A stretch of 64,000 nt of DNA from an uncultured virus (IMG/VR IMGVR_UViG_3300017963_000243) (Duplodnaviria > Heunggongvirae > Uroviricota > Caudoviricetes): positions 1 to 64,000 of IMG/VR virus record IMGVR_UViG_3300017963_000243; one strand, given 5' to 3'. Below the pieces are notes generated by a model that saw nothing but the letters and a program-made list of their open reading frames with translations, was not told the DNA's origin and did no database searches. Below are positions 9,439 to 15,715 of the stretch, one piece after another. Both the position numbers and the translations under genes were made by a program. The first letter of the stretch is position 1. The number at the start of each line of letters is the position of its first letter.

Positions 9439-10319
9439 CGCTTCTTTTTCTTACCTCGTTTAATCGGCTTCTTGGTGCCAGGGTCGGTTTTGAAGCTCAT
9501 ATCGAAGAAGCCCTTCTCGTCGCGCATGTCCTCGTCGGAGATTTCCAGGGTGTCAGGCTCACCGACACCCAGGACCCCCCCGATATATTGGGAGATCTCC
9601 TGGTAGACCTCGTAAGGATCTGCAACTTTCATGTAACCGACTTTACGTAACGCATCGTTGACGTGGAGGGCCAGACATCCACGACCGTAGGGACCGTCCA
9701 TCCTTCTCAATGTTATGATGGGAGACTTGAAGTGTTGGAAGAGCCGTGAGTCGTCTCTAGGCAGTCGCTTGTTGAAGAATGCCTCGAACTCTTCTCGATG
9801 CAGTTCGTAGATGTCACCGTCTTTTCTGTGTTTACGTTTCCGCTGTTCCTTCTTGGAAAGTTTAGCGTAATACAGTGTCCTGAGGCGCTTAGGGAACTTG
9901 TCTACGATTTTGTCAGCTTGTTGGACGTTGTACGCGAAATCCACAGTGGCGTCGAAGTCGTCTAATGAACAGCTGTACCGTGCTTTATTCCCGTATCGGA
10001 ACCGCAGGCAGGGGCGGATCTTGCCACACACTCCCACCACGAGGATATTGACCGAAAAATGGAAAGAGTCTTCTCTTCCTTCGAGTTCAGCACGCCAACA
10101 GTTTTCCTGAGGTTCCCAGAAGAGGTCCATCCCGGGAGTCTCGACGTCAACTTCCCCGTGGAGTTCTCCCTGGGCGGTTAAGTCGGTGTAGATTTTTCGA
10201 AGGGTGTCTCCCTCGTTGACGCCGTAGCGTGTAACCTTACGGAGATACACGAGAGACAGATCGACACCGTGTGCTTGAACTGAGTCGTAGTAATCACGAA
10301 ACTTCGAAATGATTCTCAT
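9435..10319 (-). CDS. conserved phage hypothetical protein (start revised to 10319)
   Basis: MRIISKFRDYYD start after SD AAGGA; the longer predicted start overlaps tRNA-Asn. Confidence 0.7.
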   Translation of the reverse strand: MRIISKFRDYYDSVQAHGVDLSLVYLRKVTRYGVNEGDTLRKIYTDLTAQGELHGEVDVETPGMDLFWEPQENCWRAELEGREDSFHFSVNILVVGVCGKIRPCLRFRYGNKARYSCSLDDFDATVDFAYNVQQADKIVDKFPKRLRTLYYAKLSKKEQRKRKHRKDGDIYELHREEFEAFFNKRLPRDDSRLFQHFKSPIITLRRMDGPYGRGCLALHVNDALRKVGYMKVADPYEVYQEISQYIGGVLGVGEPDTLEISDEDMRDEKGFFDMSFKTDPGTKKPIKRGKKKKR

Positions 10320-10334
10320 GTCGTTTTCCTTTCG

Positions 10335-10406
10335 AGGCCCGCGTTGGGATCGAACCAACGACCTGGTGGTTAACAGCCACCTGCTCTACCGCTGAGCTAG
10401 CGAGCC
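10335..10406 (-). tRNA. tRNA-Asn(GUU)
   Basis: Cloverleaf; anticodon arm GGTGG-CTGTTAA-CCACC. Confidence 0.93.
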
Positions 10407-10496
10407 AACGCGCGAGTGCTGCCAATGGAGAGTCCTAAACAGTTGTTTTTGGTTACGGCAGCACCCGCGCAACATCCAAGTTTACATAGTAAAGCC

Positions 10497-10850
10497 TTAG
10501 GAGGCGACCTTCAAATCCTTCTCGGACACTCCCCTAATGTAGTCCTTGGCGCTGTCGATCCAGGACTGGATGTACAGCTCCTCACCGTCGAACCTCTTGG
10601 CGATCTTGGCGATCTCCTTGAAGTTGGGGGGACACTCGGTGTGTCTCTCGATGGCCTCGTACGGGACTCTACGCAGAAGCCCGTAGGCAAGTAGGTTGTC
10701 TCTTGCGGCCCAGCGCACAGTAGTAGTGCGATGGTGATTGAGACGCCACTTGGCCATCCCGTTTACCTTCCGGGCTTCTTCCCGGATGGTGCGTGCTTCG
10801 TCTGCGAGGTTTTTGATTTTGACCCGAAGGTGGATTATTCGTTCGTTCAT
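10497..10850 (-). CDS. conserved phage hypothetical protein under leader-peptide control (start revised to 10850)
   Basis: SD AAGGAG before MNERIIHLRVKIKNLADEAR; basic helical protein containing LAYGLLRRVPY. Confidence 0.75.
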   Translation of the reverse strand: MNERIIHLRVKIKNLADEARTIREEARKVNGMAKWRLNHHRTTTVRWAARDNLLAYGLLRRVPYEAIERHTECPPNFKEIAKIAKRFDGEELYIQSWIDSAKDYIRGVSEKDLKVAS

Positions 10851-10957
10851 CGTCTTTCTCCTTGTTGGTGTTGTCTCCACGGGAACAGAGAAAGACGTGA
10901 AGGGGGGCCTCTAGCGGTTTTGTATTCAGGTGAATCTCATGTGCTTATCCTATTCAT
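10847..10957 (-). promoter_or_regulatory. leader ORF with in-frame UGA, RGPP arrest motif and SD-sequestering hairpin
   Basis: Translates MNRIST*DSPEYKTARGPPSRLSLFPWRQHQQGERR*; 10-bp stem 10888-10897/10851-10860. Confidence 0.7.
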
Positions 10958-10978
10958 GGTTGCAGAGGATGTCAACTG

Positions 10979-11051
10979 CGCCCCCACCAGGACTCGAACC
11001 TGGAACGGCGTGGATTGAAAGCCAGCTACTCTGCCATTGAGTTATAGGGGC
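10979..11051 (-). tRNA. atypical tRNA (anticodon UUC or UCA; enlarged anticodon arm)
   Basis: Good acceptor, D and T arms; anticodon/variable region GCTGG-CTTTCAAT-CCACGC-CGTT is 1-2 nt longer than standard. Confidence 0.75.
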
Positions 11052-11057
11052 TATGTG

Positions 11058-11993
11058 TTACAGATTCGGAATGTTGTGCTCGAGGTACGAGGGGATTATC
11101 TCATGACAGTTGCCACACGCTAAGACCTTTTCCTGCGTATGCTTCTGGATGTGCCACCATGGTGCGAGAATCGAGGACCCACACACCATGCACTTTCCAG
11201 GATTTTTGTACTTCACCTTCCTCTCTTCCCAGTGGTAAGTGGGTGTGATCCCTCTGGACCAATGCCAAAGCCCTTCGCTGATGGAAAAAACGTAAGCAAG
11301 GTACTCGTAAGTGTGTAGCGCGTAATGAGGGTCTTCGACAATCTCGATCTCTTCTATCGAGTTCTCTGCGTTACGTGTCCAGTTAGCAGTACCTCGTATA
11401 GCCGCCGTAGGGATGTACTTTCCACCTTTACCCGGCAATAGCCGCACCGCGTGTTTGAGGTGCATTAGTGGACTCGTCTCATTTTCTCTAAGCGGAGCAC
11501 GGCTCCCTCGAAAATCTCCTACAAGACGTACGGCGTCTATCATTCCGTAGTCGTTTTGTCCGTCACGACGACTCAGGTGTGCAAAACAGTTACCCGGTAA
11601 CTGGTTACGTCTCACGTAACAGACGAGATTGTTGTACGCCCGGGCAACGCGTAGTGTAGGGCGGAACTTATCCACAACTACTGCGCAGTTTCCGTGTTCT
11701 AACGCGTTGATGAGGTCTTTGTGTGTCAGGATATTGAGTCCTGCCAGGATCATCCCGTCAGCCCTGTTAGTCTCACGTATAAACTTAATAATTTCGTCCA
11801 TGAAGTTTGCACGGTAACGCGTTACGTTTACGATCTTGGCGTACGTACGTTTTTGCGGGAGTGACGGAGCTCCCCGCGTACCCGCGTAGGTGGCGAGGTC
11901 ACTGTTAAAATTTTGGTCAGGTGCTGGACGACTGCTGGGAGTTGCCTCATACGTTTTCATTTCTAGACCTTTCTCTTGTGTCTCTAGACGCAC
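11058..11993 (-). CDS. phospholipase D-like (HKD/Nuc) domain protein with C-terminal Zn ribbon
   Basis: MHLKH...GTANWTRNA..SIEEI resembles the HxK...G(S/T)xN PLD motif; CMVC and CGNC at the C-terminus. Confidence 0.65.
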   Translation of the reverse strand: MRLETQEKGLEMKTYEATPSSRPAPDQNFNSDLATYAGTRGAPSLPQKRTYAKIVNVTRYRANFMDEIIKFIRETNRADGMILAGLNILTHKDLINALEHGNCAVVVDKFRPTLRVARAYNNLVCYVRRNQLPGNCFAHLSRRDGQNDYGMIDAVRLVGDFRGSRAPLRENETSPLMHLKHAVRLLPGKGGKYIPTAAIRGTANWTRNAENSIEEIEIVEDPHYALHTYEYLAYVFSISEGLWHWSRGITPTYHWEERKVKYKNPGKCMVCGSSILAPWWHIQKHTQEKVLACGNCHEIIPSYLEHNIPNL

Positions 11994-12309
11994 TTTTAAG
12001 GATGTGCGCGTGTAACCTATTGAGTTATAGGGGCGTTTCCGAAGGTGTGCTACTACGCCAAAGACCTGTCTTCTACCCGGCGGCTATCTCCCGCTGTTCT
12101 ACGCGTCGCCTACCGCCGAAAACACCGCGCAGAACACCAGCTGTAGCACGGCTGGAACACGCCCCCTGGACCTCAGACGTTTACCTTGCTCAAGGGCTCA
12201 ATCTATTCGGATCCAGAGAGGGAGTACACTTGCAGCCTCAGGTCCAGTTTTTATTCGGCTAGTAACAAGCCGCCAACTAGCTGCCGGGCCTACGTGCCTC
12301 TGCGAAGAT

Positions 12310-12357
12310 GGCGGGCCACTCTTTAAAGGATGGCTGCCTCTAAGCCAACCTCCCGCC
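12310..12357 (-). ncRNA. small RNA matching 23S rRNA helices 43-44 (uL11-binding site)
   Basis: GGAGGTTGGCTTAGAGGCAGCCATCCTTTAAAGAGTG closed by GGCGGG/CCCGCC. Confidence 0.75.
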
Positions 12358-12367
12358 AGAAACGCTG

Positions 12368-12441
12368 TCGGGGCGATAGGATTCGAACCTACGGCATCCA
12401 GCTCCCAAAGCTGGCGCGCTACCAGACTGCGCCACACCCCG
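12368..12441 (-). tRNA. tRNA-Pro(UGG)
   Basis: 5' end CGGGGTG; anticodon arm CCAGC-TTTGGGA-GCTGG. Confidence 0.95.
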
Positions 12442-12526
12442 TAAAAAAGAGCAGTGAGACGGAGTGGGGATGTGGGGGGAACATCCGGGGATTTCCATCT
12501 CACTGCTCAAGAGAATGATACTGCGA

Positions 12527-12913
12527 TTAGGTGCCGAAGAGAAGGGACGATGCTCGACGCGTAGCGTCTTGTAGCCATTCCTGAAGTTTTTCAGCTGCTT
12601 CCAAGTCGATACCTTCGTCCTTAGCCATCTTGGCAACCTCTTCCTGGATCTCTGCAACCTTGAGGAGGTTCTCTGCGTAGGTTCCATCCTGATCCTTCTC
12701 TAGCGGAGTAACCATGAAGTCCGGAACGACGGTAGGCGCATCTTGGTCCCTTCGGAGCATCCAAAGCTTCTCAGGATCGAGGGATATGGTTATACCCCGG
12801 TAGTGTACTTGATCTGTGTGCGTCTCCCTCACGGGGAACCTGACAGAGATGCGGCACTGTCGTCCCGAGCTCGGGATGATGTTGATGATAGGTTCCCCTA
12901 TGATGTACGCCAT
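12527..12913 (-). CDS. hypothetical protein (start revised to 12913)
   Basis: SD AGGAGG directly after the tRNA-Gln CCA; begins MAYIIGEP. Confidence 0.65.
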   Translation of the reverse strand: MAYIIGEPIINIIPSSGRQCRISVRFPVRETHTDQVHYRGITISLDPEKLWMLRRDQDAPTVVPDFMVTPLEKDQDGTYAENLLKVAEIQEEVAKMAKDEGIDLEAAEKLQEWLQDATRRASSLLFGT

Positions 12914-12922
12914 GGTTCCTCC

Positions 12923-12998
12923 TGGATGGGGCAGAGGGACTCGAACCCCCAACACTCGGCACCAAAAGCCGATGATCTACCAGTTGATCTATGCCCCA
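12923..12998 (-). tRNA. tRNA-Gln(UUG)
   Basis: Acceptor TGGGGCA/TGCCCCA; arm TCGGC-TTTTGGT-GCCGA; encoded CCA. Confidence 0.95.
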
Positions 12999-13009
12999 AG
13001 AAAAAAAGG

Positions 13010-13352
13010 GGACAGGCGCCCCAGAGCTTGGATAGTCGGATATCGGGTAATCGCAGCCGCGCTTCTTCCAGCTTCATAACTTCCACTGAAAGCTAGATCG
13101 CGGCGTTTCGGTTGTTCGTGCAGTCGGTACAGTCGGACGTTCGGAGTTCGGCTGTTCACACAGTCGGAGTTCCTGGTCCATGAGACACGCCGTGTGAGGG
13201 CGCGTACCGTGTGGGGTGAGGCTTAAAAGGCCAATCCACATGGGCTGTACTTCATCTTTTTTCAAATGATGATATCGATCCGCAACGATGTCACCGGCGA
13301 CACCTACGGCTTAGGGTGCCGTGCAAACCCTTGCTCTGCGCTACGCCTGTCC
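13010..13352 (-). ncRNA. putative ~345-nt structured RNA with internal ~8-nt periodic repeats
   Basis: Terminal stem GGACAGGCG/CGCCTGTCC plus CAGAGC/GCTCTG followed by a U-tract; internal hairpins; nine CCGA(A/C)Y-like units at 13106-13174. Confidence 0.7.
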
Positions 13353-13376
13353 TATGTAGTACGCTCTAGGAGCGTT

Positions 13377-14015
13377 CTACACCGAGAAGTTGTCGAGAAC
13401 CGTCTTGGACACCTCGACCTGGGTGTCCCAGTTGGTCTTCTGGATGCACGCGTCCACCTCCCGCAGCTTGCGCTGCAGCGTGTCGACGACCTGGAAGGGC
13501 TTGAGCTCCGAGGGAGCCTTGCGCTTGACCTTGGTCACCAGGTCCCCCAGACCGTCGGCGATGGGGACGCGCTCGGAGATCTCCTGGAAGAGCTCCTCCG
13601 CCGAGACGCGGAAGTTGTGGGGGGCCGGGGCGCGGCGGATGCGATCCTCGAGCTCCTTGCGCCGGACGAGCAGCTCGGCCAGCTTGACGGTGGCGGGTCC
13701 CGTGGACGCGACCTCCTCGTCCGACATCAGGTCGTGGGTGACCTCGACGTCCGTGACCCAGTTGGCCTGCTGCACGACGCTGTCCGCGAGGCGCCGCTGG
13801 TGCGCGTAGTAGTTGGTCTCCTTCTCCAGGAGGCCCTTGTCCACCAGGCTGACGTGACCGACCACCTGGTCGATCTCGTCGTTGACCTTGCGCCGCTGGA
13901 CGCTGTCACGGGTGATACCCGCCTCCTGCGCTCCCAAGCGTCCGCTGAAGAGGGCGTTGAGCTCCTTACGACGCAGGAGCAGCTCAGCCAAGGCGATTTT
14001 CTTCTTGTCGGTCAT
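13377..14015 (-). CDS. DIP1984-like protein with two tandem repeats (start revised to 14015)
   Basis: LAELLxRRKEL...NWxTxVEV occurs twice; SD AAGGAGGT; very strong GC3 codon bias. Confidence 0.7.
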   Translation of the reverse strand: MTDKKKIALAELLLRRKELNALFSGRLGAQEAGITRDSVQRRKVNDEIDQVVGHVSLVDKGLLEKETNYYAHQRRLADSVVQQANWVTDVEVTHDLMSDEEVASTGPATVKLAELLVRRKELEDRIRRAPAPHNFRVSAEELFQEISERVPIADGLGDLVTKVKRKAPSELKPFQVVDTLQRKLREVDACIQKTNWDTQVEVSKTVLDNFSV

Positions 14016-14096
14016 GATCCGTACCTCCTTCGTAGTTCTGAGACGCGAAAGCGTCCGATAGGGGAAAGTACGGACTTGTACCTCCTTTGAGACTTG

Positions 14097-14110
14097 TTTT
14101 TCAAAGAGCA
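14097..14110 (-). promoter_or_regulatory. boxA-like antitermination site
   Basis: TGCTCTTTGAAAAA matches the rrn boxA consensus. Confidence 0.65.
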
Positions 14111-14243
14111 CTCTGTAGGAAGCAAGGCTCCCATTACACCTTATTACAGACTATTGCGCGCCCACCTGTGGTCTGAACATGAGTACCACATGCCCGTCAG
14201 ACCCTACCGTGCAGGTACTTGGTCTAGTCTCGCGCACCGATAG

Positions 14244-14317
14244 TGACCCCGGCGGGGCTCGAACCCGCAATCTTCGGCGTGAAAGGCCGATGTCCTAAAC
14301 CATTAGACGACGGGGCC
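14244..14317 (-). tRNA. tRNA-Glu(UUC)
   Basis: 5' end GGCCCCGTCGTCTAATGGTTTAGGAC; arm TCGGC-CTTTCAC-GCCGA. Confidence 0.95.
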
Positions 14318-14546
14318 AAAATAAGGAGAAGGCTGCCCGGGACTTCGTGAAGTAACCAGACCGAAGACATCGACCATCCGGACCTTCTCCTGACTACGTT
14401 AACAAAGGGGGAGTACTTATAGCCTGCGCCCTCCCCAGGCGCATGCGTCTTTTGCTTCTCGGACTCAACGCAACTTGTCCCGGTATTGTACCTTATTTTG
14501 TATAGCGACAAAGAAGCCCATCGCTTTTTCACAGCTGCCAACTGTG

Positions 14547-14932
14547 TGGTGGAGCCGCCGGGAGTCGAACCCGGGTCCGCCTACGGGTCATGTACTGATC
14601 TTCACGTGTGTGGTCTCCCTTTTCGTTTCAGACGGTGACTTCCGAGAGACGAGTCATCACGGTCTTACTGCGCTTTCGTTTACCCGGCGTCATCGCGCAG
14701 AACTCAGCCTGGGTTTGCCCGTGTAATTACGCCCCCTGGGTTACTCGAGCTCCTCACTCAGGGCACGCCCGCGCCGTTTAAGCGGCCACGGCGAGCGGAC
14801 TCGCCATGGGGGTCGGGAAGGGAACTACGTTGTCGGCAGTTCGAGTTGAGTGTCCTTTTTAACCCGCCGAACACACAAGGCGGAACACGCACAGTACACT
14901 TCCATCGCACACGTCGAAACCGTGTCGGCCCC
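14547..14932 (-). ncRNA. ssrA: tmRNA
   Basis: 5' GGGGCCGACACGGTTTCGAC, 3' GGTTCGACTCCCGGCGGCTCCACCA (G3-U70); tag ORF 14837-14778 ADNVVPFPTPMASPLAVAA*. Confidence 0.95.
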
Positions 14933-15075
14933 ATGAGAAGGATCTAAGTTGCCATGGTGTCCTCCAATCTGTTGGTCCCTACCAGGGGTGCGTGCTCTTG
15001 CCATCAGTCCGAGAAGGTTATCCGAGGGTTATGAGCCCCCCGACTCCCTCAAGGTCCGGACTCGAGCGCGGGTTT

Positions 15076-15211
15076 ATTGGTCTTTCCTAGTAGCTCCTCG
15101 AGGCAGCGGGAGTCGGTCCGAGTTTACGGACTCACAACTTCCATCACCAAGGCGCTTCCCGTTTCCTTGGTTGCTGAGGAGCCCTACAAGGAGCTACTAG
15201 GAAAGACCAAT
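15076..15211 (-). ncRNA. structured RNA enclosed by a perfect 23-bp inverted repeat
   Basis: ATTGGTCTTTCCTAGTAGCTCCT (15076-15098) pairs with 15189-15211; the 90-nt interior forms a two-hairpin junction. Confidence 0.65.
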
Positions 15212-15224
15212 TTTTCAAAGAGTA
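15211..15224 (-). promoter_or_regulatory. boxA-like antitermination site
   Basis: TACTCTTTGAAAAA. Confidence 0.55.
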
Positions 15225-15305
15225 CGCCTCCTACCTTACTCCTCCAGAGGACCTAGGAATCTGGAGTTTCATCCATGCCTCCACTCCAATACCTCGGAGA
15301 CGTGA

Positions 15306-15378
15306 TAGCGGGGACCGGATTCGAACCGGCGTGACGGGATTATGAGTCCCGCGACTGAAACCACTCGTCTACCCCGCA
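15306..15378 (-). tRNA. tRNA-Met(CAU), initiator-like
   Basis: Loop CT-CAT-AA; mismatched 1:72 pair (U.U) and A11-U24. Confidence 0.9.
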
Positions 15379-15381
15379 TCA

Positions 15382-15551
15382 ATGCCCGTCTTTCCGGGCT
15401 GTCCGCTCTAACCAGGACCTCCCCTTATCCGGCCTTACAGTAGCATGCCCGACCGGCATTTGGGTATTCGACCTGGACGTCAGCGACCCGCTAACACGAA
15501 CCCACTGACAGCTGCGATGACCTACGAGCAGCGTCCTGTAGGTCAGGGCAT
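15382..15551 (-). ncRNA. putative structured leader RNA (~170 nt)
   Basis: ATGCCC/GGGCAT ends, TGACCTAC/GTAGGTCA, GTCAGTG/CGCTGAC and a GAAAGA-loop hairpin; starts just after the TGGTAAAAG motif. Confidence 0.55.
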
Positions 15552-15715
15552 CAGCTTCTTTTACCAGGTAATGTGAGGCTTTTCAATTCTTGCGGGGGAG
15601 GGGATCTGTGACAGGCTTGCCCTTGCGCGCACGGTGACGGCGCCACTTTTCGAGGTCTCTCTTCTTGGGAGGCTTCGCAGGAAGGTTAACCGTCGGTCGA
15701 CGGTAGATGGTGGGT

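Noticed and set aside
12310..12357. Genuine rRNA gene or host contamination
   Set aside because: The match is limited to about 37 nt and the flanks are phage tRNA and non-rRNA sequence
12443..12508. Separate ncRNA from the 11-bp GAGCAGTGAGA/TCTCACTGCTC hairpin
   Set aside because: It is followed by a U6 tract on the coding strand, so a terminator or processing stem is the simpler explanation; cannot be resolved from sequence
13106..13174. CRISPR or TIGR-like guide array
   Set aside because: Units are only 7-9 nt with no spacer-length unique sequence, and no Cas or Tas gene was recognised; the 59186 nuclease is an ordinary phage PD-(D/E)xK protein
15076..15211. Retron msr-msd or hammerhead ribozyme
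   Set aside because: No reverse transcriptase in the window; the hammerhead core CUGAUGA/GAAA is not correctly present
15221..15255. Sarcin-ricin loop mimic (AGTACG...AGAGGACC)
   Set aside because: The two halves are separated by about 20 nt and lie on the strand opposite the RNA operon; likely chance
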